From NCBI GenBank assembly GCA_025457865.1, contig JALOTP010000001.1:96457-160456 (forward strand): 64,000 bases of DNA, read 5' to 3'. Made by a program: the position numbers and the translations under genes. The notes under the pieces were generated by a model. It made no database searches. It worked only from the letters and a program-made list of their open reading frames with translations, and was not told where the DNA came from. Source of the stretch: Thermoplasmatota archaeon (lineage in GTDB: Archaea > Thermoplasmatota > Penumbrarchaeia > Penumbrarchaeales > Penumbrarchaeaceae). This document shows positions 26,743 through 37,068 of this stretch, piece after piece (positions within the stretch are counted from its first letter, which is position 1; the number at the start of each line of letters is the position of its first letter).

Positions 26743-27713
26743 AGGCCAGGAAAGGCGACCTTGACGTCCAGGGCAGACCGCTCGAGGAAAGCTACATCCT
26801 CAGCCGCGTCGGCATCAAGGGGGTCAAACGCCCCATCACCATAATGAGACCGGGAAAAGCGGTGGCCCTCTCACCTACCATAGATGTATCAGTGGACCTA
26901 CCGGCCGAGCAGAAGGGCTCTCACATGTCCAGGCACATGGAGGTGCTCAAGGAGGCAATAGACCAAGCTCTCAAGGAGGAGAACGATTCCCTGGAGCGGT
27001 TCGTCGAGAGGGTCGCCTTCGCCCTTCTCCGCTCACATGACTATGCAAGGTATGCCGATGTGAGGCTCTCCACGGACTATTTCCTGGAGAGGACCTCCCC
27101 GGACGAGCGCAAGGTCATGGAGAACTACAGGCTGTTCGCCGAGGCAAGGCTCATAAGGGGCAGCAGTAAGGCATACAGGTCCATAGGCGTCGAGGTCTCT
27201 GGGATGTCGGCCTGCCCCTGCGCCATGGAGAACGTGAGGGAGCTCATCAGGGAGGAGATGTTGGAAAAAGGAGCGGACGTATCCCTGCTCTCGATGCTGG
27301 ACGAATACCCTGCTCCGACCCATAACCAGAAGAACGTCGTACAGCTCGAAATAGGGGCCTCCAGCGTCCTGAATGTGGATGCCGATGACCTGATAGGACT
27401 TGTCGAGTCGCAGTTCTCGGCCCCGACCTTTGAGATATTGAAGAGAAGGGGCGAGGCCAAGCTGGTCCTGGACGCTCACAGGAACCCCAAGTTCGTCGAG
27501 GATATCGTCCGGGACATGATCCATGCGTTCCTTGACCGGTACAGGGAGCTGCCTGACGATGCCATGCTCCACGTGAGCTCGGTCTCACTGGAGTCCATTC
27601 ACAAGCATGATGCATTCGCCGAGAGGACAGCGACCCTGGGCGAGCTAAGGGAGGGGACGGGCCACCAAGGGAAGGCCGGTTCCAAAACAATTATACGTAC
27701 CGACAAGCCTTAA
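26739..27713 (+). CDS. mptA: GTP cyclohydrolase MptA/FolE2 family (archaeal pterin biosynthesis)
   Basis: VQGRPLEESY...RVGIKGVKRPI... and later GVEVSGMSACPC, characteristic of GTP cyclohydrolase IB/MptA. TTG/GTG start overlapping the prs stop. Confidence 0.8.
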   Translation: MKARKGDLDVQGRPLEESYILSRVGIKGVKRPITIMRPGKAVALSPTIDVSVDLPAEQKGSHMSRHMEVLKEAIDQALKEENDSLERFVERVAFALLRSHDYARYADVRLSTDYFLERTSPDERKVMENYRLFAEARLIRGSSKAYRSIGVEVSGMSACPCAMENVRELIREEMLEKGADVSLLSMLDEYPAPTHNQKNVVQLEIGASSVLNVDADDLIGLVESQFSAPTFEILKRRGEAKLVLDAHRNPKFVEDIVRDMIHAFLDRYRELPDDAMLHVSSVSLESIHKHDAFAERTATLGELREGTGHQGKAGSKTIIRTDKP

Positions 27714-27724
27714 GGGAAGGGTCG

Positions 27725-28129
27725 ATGGAAATGAAGAAGATACTGGTCCCCACATCCGGATACATACCCGCCAAGGAGAGGGGCGATGCCATCATAGATG
27801 TGGCAAAGAGATTGGGGGCAGATGTGATCGTTGTACACATCAGGGACCCTGCGCATATCGCTCCCACGACAAAGGAATCGGAAGGATGGGCAGCCCTCAA
27901 GCTCTTCGAGGATAAGGGCAGGGCATCAGGCGTCAAGGTGAGCTCCTACTTCGCAACAGGCGAGCTCCTGCCGACCCTAAAGAGGTTCTCCGAGGAGCAC
28001 AGGCCAGACCTCATCTTGGTAGGGGCTTCCACGGACAGGTCAATAGCCCAGTGGGTCACATTCGAGCTGATATGCGACTGCGACGTGCCGGTCCTTGTGA
28101 TGCCCCAGGACATGAGCCACCTGATATGA
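27725..28129 (+). CDS. Universal stress protein (UspA family)
   Basis: KILVPTSGYIP...ADVIVVHI...LILVGASTDRS...VPVLVM. 134 aa. Confidence 0.85.
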   Translation: MEMKKILVPTSGYIPAKERGDAIIDVAKRLGADVIVVHIRDPAHIAPTTKESEGWAALKLFEDKGRASGVKVSSYFATGELLPTLKRFSEEHRPDLILVGASTDRSIAQWVTFELICDCDVPVLVMPQDMSHLI

Positions 28130-28244
28130 CCCGCCTGTCTCCGTCACCTTCACCCACCCCCCTATTTGAAGGCATTATAACCATACAGGTCTGGACCATT
28201 CTGCATTCATTTTCCAAAGGGATGGAGGGAAGGGTTGTCCATCG

Positions 28245-31200
28245 ATGGAAGGACAGGCTATGACCGGAAGCGATGTTGAGCTCATCAGGATGGCACGTGG
28301 GGACAGCGCCATGGACCTCGCTCGGGAGCTGTTCAAAGGGAAAGGGGGTCTAGATGGCGGTGCCCTGTTGGTCCTCCCTGACGAGAGGCTCTGCAGGGAG
28401 GTTAGGGCCAGGCTCGCGGGTGAAGGTGGGGCGGTGACGACCTGGGTCGTCACACCATGGGGCCTTGCAAGAGAGCTCTATACAAGGATGGGGCTCCCGG
28501 ACCCGGTCCTGGACAGGAAGGCAAGGCAGCTCCTTCTGCGCAGGGTCATGGAGAGGATCGGGAAGACCCCGCTGTCGCTCGATGAGGGTCCAAGGCCGGG
28601 GATGGTCCGGCACATCTCCGAAACCATTGAGGAGCTCATCCTGAACGGTGTGGCACCGGATGAGGTGAAAGGTGCGGCAAGGACGGAGAGGGCGAAGGCG
28701 CTATCACAGGTCCATACCGCCTACATGGCGGAACTGAGGGGGCTGGGGCTCATAGACACTGCAGAGGTCCCGGACCTCGTCCTCCAGGCACTGAAGGGGG
28801 GCAGTCCCCTGCCGCCATGGGACTCGGTAGGCTTCTACATGGTAGCGGACCAACCCGCACTGTTCTCCCAGCTCTTCTCGTTCATCATAGCATCCGCTCC
28901 ACGCACCCTGATAGTGGACACTGTTCACGGGAGCGCCCCGTCGTTCATCCCGCCCGGTGCAACGGTCCGGGAGCTCTCGGGCGGGGGACCGGCAAGGTTC
29001 GAGGTCCCCCTGGAGGGTTCGGGGATGAGGGGGGTCATCCGCTCCAGAGGGCCCATGGATAACATCATAGGACAGGACTGGAGCGAAGAGCTCCGGAGGG
29101 CGGCAAGGAGGATCAAGAGGACCATACTGGAAGATGGCTCGAGCCCCGCCACCATGGGCATCATGCTGCCTTCGGAGAGGAAGACGGACCCTTGGACCTT
29201 TTCGGTCCTCAGGGAATACGGGGTCCCTTTCGACCAGGGCAGCAGGTACAGGGTCCTTGACGTCCCGGTCGTAAGAGGGCTCCTTGACCTCTTCAGGTCC
29301 GCCGACCAGGGCTTCCCAAGGGAGGTCCTGCTTCCCGCTCTCTCCCTCCCCCAGTACGGTCTCAGGGACGATGAGGGAAGGTCATTCTCCCCGACCGAGC
29401 TGGAGCAGCTAACCAGGGAGGCTTTTGTGATAGGGGGCGGCATGGACCCAGTCAGGTCATGGACCGGCCCCATCTCCATGCTCTCCAAGGATGAGGGCAA
29501 GGGAGAGAGGCTCAGGGATGTCGCAGCAAGGGCCCTTGGCCCTCTGGAGAGATTGCTCACATCCATCTCCGACCTCAACAGGTCAAAGAGGAGCGTGGAG
29601 GAGCATCTCGAGGGGATGCTAAGGGTCTGGGGATCGCTGGGTGCTCTCAAGCTCGCTGAAAAGGATGATGATAGGTCTGACCCCATGGACGGGGCCAGTA
29701 TCGCATCCAGGGCGTTCTCGAAGCTTATGGATGCATTCTCGGCCGTGAGGGCCCATACGGTCCTCTCCGGAATGGAAAGGACCAATCTCAGGGACGTTCT
29801 GGAGCTGCTCGGTTCCGAGCTATCGGCATCCTGGCTCGAGGAAGGGCAGGGTCAGGGTGGCATAAGGGTCCTATCATATGACGAAGGGACCGGTATGGCC
29901 TTCAAGCACCTCTTCGTCCTGGGGTGCAACGAGGGGAGCATGCCGCCAAGGGAGGGCGGCTTCTCCCTGCTATCGGACATGGAGAGGAGGGACCTGGGCC
30001 TCCCCCCACTGAACAACAGGAGGCAGGCACTTGAACGGCTCTGCCTGGCATTATCATCGGCGGAGCACCCAGTCATCACCATGCATAGGACAGAGGGAGG
30101 CAGCCCAAGCCTTCCCTCTCCGTTCATAGAGGCTCTCCAGCTCGAACCCCTGCCGGATGACGGCCTTCCCATGTCCGAGCAGGAGGTTCAGAGGAGGTTC
30201 TCGGAGCTCAGGGACCCGCTTGCACTAGCTCTGAGCGGAGCGAATGGGAATACCGATCCCAGGCTCAGGGACGGTGAGGCGCTCCTCTCTCATCTGAATG
30301 AGATGACCGGAGGATATGTACGTGCCTCATCCGAGGGCCGGTCCAGGGACATGGTACTGGCCTCCGCAGGTCTGAAGGGTGTCATAGAGGACATCGCACT
30401 TCTCAAGGACCTGGGCGAACGCTTCGGCCCGTTGCACATCTGGTCCGCATCCAGGCTCGAGAGGTTGAGGATATGCCCGTATTCGTTCCTGGTCCGCTAT
30501 GTCATGGGAGTGCAGGAGCTGGACGAGGTCAGGCCTGAGGTGGGGCCCGACAAGCTCGGGACCATATTCCACTCTGCGGCGGAATCGTTCTACTCGAATT
30601 GGAGGGGCAGGACAGTAGGAAGGGTCCTTCCGGCCGAGACGGCCGCTGCGGAGGCGGCAATGAACGAAGCCGCCGCTTCCATCATGGCGGGCTACAGTTA
30701 TTCGGGACCTTACTGGGATGCCGTTAGGGAGAGGCTGCTGGGGGACGGCAGGAGGCCTGGTATGGTCCGGGGGTTCATAGAGAGCGAAGCCCTCTACAGA
30801 GGGGCCTTCGGCGTGTCCAGGACCGAGCTCAAGTTCGGCATGCCGGAGGATGTGGACGGCCACCCTGCGGTAAGATTGGGCGATATCGGCAGCTCGGTCG
30901 AGATGGCGTCCTTCCTTTTCAGGGGGTCCATAGACAGGGTCGATACCGTTGACCTGAGCACGTCCAAGGGTTTCTTCATCTGGGACTACAAGACGGGTTC
31001 CAACAAGGAGGACAACAAGAGCCTGCAGCTTCCCCTGTACCTCCTTGCGGCATCGAGGCTCCTCGAAGGCCAGACGCCTGCCGGCGGGGGCTACTATTAC
31101 GTGAGGAGGCCAGGCGACATCCAGCGGCAGATCATGCTCGGAGCCGAGGTATGGGACTCGCACGGGCCGACCAGGGAGATGCTCGGATCCGTCGCCAAGG

Positions 31201-31343
31201 GATCGTTGTCCAAGATGAAGGACGCCCTGGATACGGCCCTTGACCTCATAGCATCGGCAAGGAACGGCTCCTTCCCGCCCAAGGAGAGATGCAGCGACAG
31301 GTACTGCCGGTTCGGCGATGTCTGCAGGAGGGGGGACCTCTGA
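28245..31343 (+). CDS. addB: AddB/RexB-like helicase-nuclease subunit (degenerate helicase-like N-region, C-terminal PD-(D/E)xK nuclease with Fe-S staple cysteines)
   Basis: The C-terminus has RLRICPYSF (first Cys), the nuclease motif IDRVDTVD...FIWDYKTG, then CSDRYCRFGDVC (Cx3Cx5C), matching the AddB iron-sulfur/nuclease domain. 1032 aa. Confidence 0.7.
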   Translation: MEGQAMTGSDVELIRMARGDSAMDLARELFKGKGGLDGGALLVLPDERLCREVRARLAGEGGAVTTWVVTPWGLARELYTRMGLPDPVLDRKARQLLLRRVMERIGKTPLSLDEGPRPGMVRHISETIEELILNGVAPDEVKGAARTERAKALSQVHTAYMAELRGLGLIDTAEVPDLVLQALKGGSPLPPWDSVGFYMVADQPALFSQLFSFIIASAPRTLIVDTVHGSAPSFIPPGATVRELSGGGPARFEVPLEGSGMRGVIRSRGPMDNIIGQDWSEELRRAARRIKRTILEDGSSPATMGIMLPSERKTDPWTFSVLREYGVPFDQGSRYRVLDVPVVRGLLDLFRSADQGFPREVLLPALSLPQYGLRDDEGRSFSPTELEQLTREAFVIGGGMDPVRSWTGPISMLSKDEGKGERLRDVAARALGPLERLLTSISDLNRSKRSVEEHLEGMLRVWGSLGALKLAEKDDDRSDPMDGASIASRAFSKLMDAFSAVRAHTVLSGMERTNLRDVLELLGSELSASWLEEGQGQGGIRVLSYDEGTGMAFKHLFVLGCNEGSMPPREGGFSLLSDMERRDLGLPPLNNRRQALERLCLALSSAEHPVITMHRTEGGSPSLPSPFIEALQLEPLPDDGLPMSEQEVQRRFSELRDPLALALSGANGNTDPRLRDGEALLSHLNEMTGGYVRASSEGRSRDMVLASAGLKGVIEDIALLKDLGERFGPLHIWSASRLERLRICPYSFLVRYVMGVQELDEVRPEVGPDKLGTIFHSAAESFYSNWRGRTVGRVLPAETAAAEAAMNEAAASIMAGYSYSGPYWDAVRERLLGDGRRPGMVRGFIESEALYRGAFGVSRTELKFGMPEDVDGHPAVRLGDIGSSVEMASFLFRGSIDRVDTVDLSTSKGFFIWDYKTGSNKEDNKSLQLPLYLLAASRLLEGQTPAGGGYYYVRRPGDIQRQIMLGAEVWDSHGPTREMLGSVAKGSLSKMKDALDTALDLIASARNGSFPPKERCSDRYCRFGDVCRRGDL

Positions 31344-34300
31344 TGGACCTAACGCCAAGGCAGAAGGAGGCGCTGGTGACATCGCTTGACGTAAGCGTCA
31401 ATGCGGGGGCGGGGTCCGGGAAGACCAAGGTTCTCGTAGAGCGATATCTCAGGGTCCTTGAGGAGGACCCCTCGCTATCCCCCGGCTCCATCCTTGCCCT
31501 CACATTCACCGACAAGGCCGCCTCCGAGATGAGGGCCCGCGTGAGGAAGGGGATAAGGGAGCGGGCCGATGCAGCTGGCGGCAGGTGGGAGGCGATGCTC
31601 ACCGAGCTCGAGGGCGCCGACATATCCACCATCCATTCGTTCTGTATGAGGCTGCTCCGGGAGGACCCTGTGCCCCTTGGCCTCGACCCCGATATGGGCG
31701 TTGTGACGGACATGGGGGCGGAAGAGCTCCTGACCGAGACCATGTCCGAACTGCTCCTCAAGGACGGTCCGACCTCGAGCCCCCTCAAGCGTCTGATGAT
31801 GGATATGAACCACGGCAAGCTCTCTGATGCCATCAGGTCGCTCCTCAGGGACAGGGGCCGGCTCGTGGAGGATATCACAGGAAGGTCCTTCATCGAACGC
31901 TCACGGGAATTGCTCATAACGCTCCAGACCGAGGCCATGGACAAGGCCCGAAGGGAGCTCGCCGGCATCGTTCCCTCTCTGAAGAAGCTCTCTGTTGCCA
32001 GATACCACCCTAGCAAGAGCGACAGGATGATACCTGTAATGGAGGCCTTGAGGCCTGTTCTCGATATGTTCAAAGGCCCCGAAGGGGACATAGGCCAGCC
32101 CCTGGCAGAACGGACCATGGAAGGGCTCTACCTTGCCAGGGACGTCCTGCTGACCAAGGAAGGAGCGCCCAGGGCGTTCACCGGTACAGGCAGTTCCCAC
32201 GCTTGGGGGGACGACCTGTTCCCTGTAAGGCAGGCGATGATCTCCATCGCCACCTACGTCCATGACAATGTAACGGCGCTCAGGTTCGCAGGTAACGGGA
32301 AGCTCCTTGAGAGGGCCTTGGAGCGGCATGACGACCTGATGACGGTCCTTGGGGCTGTGGTCGAAGAGCTCTCGAGGCGCAAGCGGGAAAGGAACCTTGT
32401 CGATTTCGACGACCAGATCGCCATGGCCCTGAGGATGATGGAAGGGAACTTAAGCGGTGTGACGGACAGGCTCCGAAGGAGGTACCGCCAGATAATGGTG
32501 GACGAGTTCCAGGACACGGACCCAAGGCAGTGGAGGATGGTCTCACTGCTATGGGACGGCGGAAAGGGCGGCAAGCTGTTCATCGTAGGCGATCCCAAAC
32601 AGTCCATCTACGGTTTCAGGTCGGCCGACGTTAGGCTCTTCAGCAGGGCAAGGGAGGCCATCTCGGCGGGACCAGGCGGGAAGGATGTCATCCTGGACAG
32701 GAACTTCAGGTCCCGCAGGGAGCTCATGCATTTCGTCAATTCGCTTTTCGAACGTGTGTTCCCGTCCGGGGGCGGCCCCGGCGAATGGGGGGCAGCCTAT
32801 GACCCGCTCGATCCGGAGAGGGGGCCCGGTGGAAGCATCACGGTCGTAGGGGTCACCGGCACCAAGGATGCCGAGGCCAGGGAAGGAGCGTTCGCCGTCG
32901 AGGCCATAAGGAAGGCGGTGGGGAAGGAGATGGTGGAGGATGAGGAGGGCAAGCTGAGGCCCATGCGCTATTCGGACATTTCCATCCTCCTGCCCTACAG
33001 GACCCGGTCCAAGGCCTACGAGGACGCCCTGAGGTCCTCTTCCATACCCTATCAGATCAACAAGGGGAAGGGGTTTTTCGACAGGCAGGAGGTCAGGGAC
33101 GTATTGGAACTTGCGGCATTCATAGCGAACCCTAACGACGGTGTGGCCCTCCTCTCGGTGCTCAAGGGCCCATTCTTCTCCATGGGGGATGAGGAACTCA
33201 TCAGGATTGCCCTGAGCAGGGGGCAGACGCTTATGGAGAGGGTGCGGAGCTCGGGCCATGATGATATAGCCGCTTGTCTTGATGAGTGCACGGGCATTGT
33301 CCAGGCCTACCCTCATGTCCAGGCTCTGGAGATGGTCCTCAGTAGGGTCGGCGCTTTCGCCCTCTCGGGAGGGCGGAGGGGGCACAGGAACCTGGACAAG
33401 CTTCTCGAATGGGCGTCCGCACAGAGGACGGCTGAAGGGTGGTGCGGGCTTGTGAGGACCCTCAGGGCTGCGGTCGAGGACCCGCCCATGGAAGGGGAGC
33501 CGTCCTTCAATCCCGAGAGCGATGCGGTCTCCGTTCTCACGGTCCATGCGGCAAAGGGGCTCGAGTGGCCTTTCGTCATAGTGCTGGGACTGCACCATGA
33601 GCCGAATACGGACCGCGATGACCACCTCCTTGACCCGGACCGCGGCCTGGGCATAAAGGTCATGGACGACAGGGAAGGCCGGTTCTCCAGGACATCGGCC
33701 TACGAGCATGTCCTGGGCATACATGAGGAGAAGATGGCCCAGGAGAGGAAGAGGGTCCTGTATGTCGCCTGCACAAGGGCAAAGGACCATCTCCTCCTCA
33801 GCGGGGTCTCGTCCAGCGGTATGGACGGTTCAAAGGGCCCCACGGGCTCCATGGCCCTCTTGATGGAGGGCCTGGGCATAGAAGCGGGGGCTTTCAAGGA
33901 CGGGCATCTGAGGATGGGGGATGTCGATGTAAGACTAGTAGCCCTGGACCTATCCGAGGTCCGTCCATTGGAGGAAGGGGAGCTCGGAAATGCCGAGGCA
34001 GCAGGGGCAATATCGGACAAGGACCCTTTCAGGTTCATGAAGTCAGCGCTCCCGGAGATCGGTGCGAGATTGTTGAACCCCACATCAAGGGAGGTCCTTG
34101 ATGAGATAATGGCCGAGATGGGAATGGAAAAGGGTCGGTCCACCGGCGGACCGGAGGAGAGGATGCTCCTGGGCGGTCCGTCCCCCAGGACCATGGGGGA
34201 GATGGTCCATTCCGTGATGATGGGCGCACCCGTTGAAAGGGTAACCAGGGAGCAAGGGTATCCCGATGCCGCAGGCCTGGTGGAGGAAAGGGTCGGTTCC

Positions 34301-34567
34301 ATCAAAGGCCGTTTGGCGGGCAGACCGATAGCAAGGGAGTGGAGGGAGCTTGAGGTCTGCACCAGCGTCCAGATAGGGAAGCTCGGGAAGGTGAGGCTCA
34401 TGGGCAGGATGGACCTGGTGCTTAAGCTGGATGACGGTCGCTATCTTATCATCGATTTCAAGACCGGCCGTGACAGACCAGAGTATCGGGCACAGCTCGA
34501 GGTCTACAGGAGGATGCTCTCAACATTGGTGGATGCCACCGTCGATGTGGAAGTGCTCGCGGCATAG
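31343..34567 (+). CDS. addA: AddA/RexA-like UvrD-family helicase with C-terminal RecB-type nuclease
   Basis: Walker A (AGAGSGKTKVL), UvrD motifs (LTFTDKAASEM; QIMVDEFQDTD; FIVGDPKQSIYGFR; VLTVHAAKGLEWP) and a C-terminal nuclease (GRMDLVLKLDDGRYLIIDFKTG...YRAQLEVY). The start at ATG 31343 overlaps the addB TGA (TGATG). Confidence 0.85.
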   Translation: MDLTPRQKEALVTSLDVSVNAGAGSGKTKVLVERYLRVLEEDPSLSPGSILALTFTDKAASEMRARVRKGIRERADAAGGRWEAMLTELEGADISTIHSFCMRLLREDPVPLGLDPDMGVVTDMGAEELLTETMSELLLKDGPTSSPLKRLMMDMNHGKLSDAIRSLLRDRGRLVEDITGRSFIERSRELLITLQTEAMDKARRELAGIVPSLKKLSVARYHPSKSDRMIPVMEALRPVLDMFKGPEGDIGQPLAERTMEGLYLARDVLLTKEGAPRAFTGTGSSHAWGDDLFPVRQAMISIATYVHDNVTALRFAGNGKLLERALERHDDLMTVLGAVVEELSRRKRERNLVDFDDQIAMALRMMEGNLSGVTDRLRRRYRQIMVDEFQDTDPRQWRMVSLLWDGGKGGKLFIVGDPKQSIYGFRSADVRLFSRAREAISAGPGGKDVILDRNFRSRRELMHFVNSLFERVFPSGGGPGEWGAAYDPLDPERGPGGSITVVGVTGTKDAEAREGAFAVEAIRKAVGKEMVEDEEGKLRPMRYSDISILLPYRTRSKAYEDALRSSSIPYQINKGKGFFDRQEVRDVLELAAFIANPNDGVALLSVLKGPFFSMGDEELIRIALSRGQTLMERVRSSGHDDIAACLDECTGIVQAYPHVQALEMVLSRVGAFALSGGRRGHRNLDKLLEWASAQRTAEGWCGLVRTLRAAVEDPPMEGEPSFNPESDAVSVLTVHAAKGLEWPFVIVLGLHHEPNTDRDDHLLDPDRGLGIKVMDDREGRFSRTSAYEHVLGIHEEKMAQERKRVLYVACTRAKDHLLLSGVSSSGMDGSKGPTGSMALLMEGLGIEAGAFKDGHLRMGDVDVRLVALDLSEVRPLEEGELGNAEAAGAISDKDPFRFMKSALPEIGARLLNPTSREVLDEIMAEMGMEKGRSTGGPEERMLLGGPSPRTMGEMVHSVMMGAPVERVTREQGYPDAAGLVEERVGSIKGRLAGRPIAREWRELEVCTSVQIGKLGKVRLMGRMDLVLKLDDGRYLIIDFKTGRDRPEYRAQLEVYRRMLSTLVDATVDVEVLAA

Positions 34568-34573
34568 TTCCTA

Positions 34574-36655
34574 TCAACTTCCGGGCGGACCCTGCACGAA
34601 CATCTCTTTGCAGCTCGGACATGCAGAAGTGCCCTCGGCCACTTCGGACCCGCACTTCGAGCAGGTAAGTACCTCTTCGAAGATGGCCCCGCAGCCCTGG
34701 CACCTCATATCTCCCGGGGCCATACCGGTCCCGCACTCGGGGCAGGGCTCGGACCCTTCATCATCCTTATCCAGATCATCCTCATCATCTTCCGCTTCGT
34801 CCTCCTCATCTATGTCGTCCGCGGGAGGCTCCGCTCCATCCGAGCTCCCTTCACAGGACTGGCTGGATGCATCTTTGGCATCGGGGGCTGCCGATATTGG
34901 CGAAGTTCCCTGCTCCGCCTCCTCCTTGGAGCGCTCTTTCCTTGTCAAGAGCATGACGATGAGAGCGATAACTGCGAGGATGACGACCGCGATGATGATG
35001 ACCTCCCAGGGGAACCCCTCATCCTCCTCTTCTACCCTTATCTCAACGGTATCTGTGGATTCGAGGTCCCCGTCGGTCGCGTGGAGTGTGTAGGTGTACT
35101 TTCCGGAGGGGAGGTCGAAGACCTTGACAGAGGCCCCGTTTGCCCTCCATGAAGAGGCTTTGCTCCTTGTCCACCAGACTGTGACCTTGTCACCGTCGGG
35201 GTCGGTCGCGCTGGCCGACAGCGTGAACGCACCGCCCTCCTTGACCTTTTCCTGGTCGGATGCGGCCTTCGTTATGACAGGGGCCCTGTTGGCGTTCGAT
35301 GTGATGTTCTGGACGACCGTCCTTGTATTGCCCGCAGGGTCCTTGATGGTGACCGTTACGGTATGGCGGCCGGGAGCAAGGGACGGTATGGTAACGGTGC
35401 CGCCATGTGCGGTCCATTCGGGGTCGGTCGATATGGTCCATGTGAAGTTCAGTTCCTTTCCTTCGGGGTCCGATGCCTGGACGGTGAGCGTCACAGGCCG
35501 CCTCTCCCTCACTGTCAGGTCCTTGATTGCCCCAATGATGACGGGGCGCTTGTCATGTATTCGGGGGAGCGGGTCCTCGACATTGGGTATCTGGTCCCCG
35601 TCCATGTCGGGATCGAGCTCGTTCAATATGCCGTCGGAGTCCATGTCAAGGTCCAGCACCGTCGAGATGGATGACGGTCGCGCCTCATTGTAGTTCTCCG
35701 CCATCCTTTCAATGGTAGGCGCAGTGCCGGTGATGTCAGGGAAGCTGAGAATGGACATATCGAATGAGAACGTGCCTTCGAGACCGTCCTTCATTGCCCT
35801 GACCAGCGGTCTGACCACCGTTGTACCGGTCGGTGCCTCGAGAAGTGCAACGGAGTCCCCCTGCACCGTTCTGAACCGAAAGCCCCTGTCGGAAACGGAG
35901 AACTGCCCGGACCTGGTCTCGGGAGCGAAAAGGTGGTTAGACCCGTACATGACCTCGAGCTCGCAGTCGGGGGCTTCCTTCAGGACCATCAGAAGGAACC
36001 TGGTCCCGTTGCCTGCGACGGCATAGGGGTACGGGTACGGATCGATGAGCGTCCTGGGGGAACCGGGCTGTTCCGTTAAGAGGTCGGCGACCTCCAGCGT
36101 TATGGCCTCCTCTCCCATCCTTATCCCCGGGGAGGCCGGGGCATTGAAAAGGACCGAGATCTCAACGGTTTCGCTCTCGTTATCGACCATGTCCAGGGCA
36201 TCGTCAATGTTGCCGGCGACGTCGTACTGGGAGCTGCCTCCCGAGACCCTGCCGGGAAGGTCGTCCCTGGCGGCATATCGGATGGCGTCCCGGGCCGTTA
36301 TGGTCCAGTCCCATTCGTGTGGGATGGCGGGTTCGAACCAGGTGTGGCTGCCCGAGATCATGCTCGAACCCGGAACGGTGATGAACACTGTGTCAATATC
36401 GTTATCGGCATCATGGTTCTCGACCTTGAACGTCAGCTCTGCGCGTCTCCCGGCACCAAGTATGATGAGGCCCTCCGGGAGCGAAGGGTCGGACATGACG
36501 CCCTGGGTCCCTGATATGTCCGACATGACGTCCCCTCTCGAGATGGTGCTGCCGAAACCGCCATGGGACCTGTCAAGGAGCATGATGGCCCCCAACGAAC
36601 CAATGAGAACGACGAGCGCTATACTGACAGCTATCTTTTCGCTTGGAAGACCCAT
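34574..36655 (-). CDS. Surface protein with Ig-like/PKD-like domains, single TM anchor, acidic cytoplasmic linker and C-terminal zinc ribbon
   Basis: Signal/TM at the N-terminus and PKD-like beta domains (FTWTIS..., VTVWWTRS...). A TM helix (VIIIAVVILAVIALIVMLL) is followed by a D/E-rich stretch and CPECG...CQGCG...CSKCG...CPSC. Confidence 0.65.
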   Translation of the reverse strand: MGLPSEKIAVSIALVVLIGSLGAIMLLDRSHGGFGSTISRGDVMSDISGTQGVMSDPSLPEGLIILGAGRRAELTFKVENHDADNDIDTVFITVPGSSMISGSHTWFEPAIPHEWDWTITARDAIRYAARDDLPGRVSGGSSQYDVAGNIDDALDMVDNESETVEISVLFNAPASPGIRMGEEAITLEVADLLTEQPGSPRTLIDPYPYPYAVAGNGTRFLLMVLKEAPDCELEVMYGSNHLFAPETRSGQFSVSDRGFRFRTVQGDSVALLEAPTGTTVVRPLVRAMKDGLEGTFSFDMSILSFPDITGTAPTIERMAENYNEARPSSISTVLDLDMDSDGILNELDPDMDGDQIPNVEDPLPRIHDKRPVIIGAIKDLTVRERRPVTLTVQASDPEGKELNFTWTISTDPEWTAHGGTVTIPSLAPGRHTVTVTIKDPAGNTRTVVQNITSNANRAPVITKAASDQEKVKEGGAFTLSASATDPDGDKVTVWWTRSKASSWRANGASVKVFDLPSGKYTYTLHATDGDLESTDTVEIRVEEEDEGFPWEVIIIAVVILAVIALIVMLLTRKERSKEEAEQGTSPISAAPDAKDASSQSCEGSSDGAEPPADDIDEEDEAEDDEDDLDKDDEGSEPCPECGTGMAPGDMRCQGCGAIFEEVLTCSKCGSEVAEGTSACPSCKEMFVQGPPGS

Positions 36656-36850
36656 GATATCACTCCATTGCCATCTAAGGAATGAGTGCTAGGATGCTCA
36701 CATCATATATCCTTTTCTGAACGGTTCTACGAAATGTGGAAGTGTCCACTACCATGAATGTATCCAGATCCGATTAAGTTTCATTATTATTGATATTTAT
36801 AAAGTAAGATTAAAATATCTATATCGTTCGTGAAGCATCCTGGTGAGTTC

Positions 36851-37036
36851 ATGGAAAAGAAGTTCGAAGCCAAGGTCATATACCTGAGCGTAGGGGATGC
36901 CAAGAAGAGCGCCACGGGTAAGATAGAGCCTACCCAGAACTACATAAACGTGGAACTAAAACCCTCCAAGAGGAGGTCCAAGTTCGATACCATACTCATC
37001 CCCTGGAGCCGGGTCGTGAAGGTCATAGTCTATTGA
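36851..37036 (+). CDS. Small conserved hypothetical protein (61-68 aa)
   Basis: A TATA-like ATTTATAAAG lies ~55 nt upstream. Beta-rich basic protein (MEKKFEAKVIYLSVG...). The ORF can alternatively start at GTG 36830. Confidence 0.4.
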   Translation: MEKKFEAKVIYLSVGDAKKSATGKIEPTQNYINVELKPSKRRSKFDTILIPWSRVVKVIVY

Positions 37037-37068
37037 GACAGGACCTTACGGACGGAGCCTTAGGGCCA

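Noticed and set aside
28925-33790. Long antisense ORFs (286, 351, 290 and 413 aa) across the addB/addA region
   Set aside because: The sense strand has complete helicase and nuclease motif sets. The antisense products are low-complexity (S, P, R and L-rich) shadows caused by high GC3.
34740-34990. Apparent simple-sequence repeat (tcatcatcc / tcctcctca runs)
   Set aside because: It is the coding sequence of the D/E-rich cytoplasmic linker of the zinc-ribbon surface protein on the minus strand, so it reflects codon repetition and not a non-coding microsatellite.
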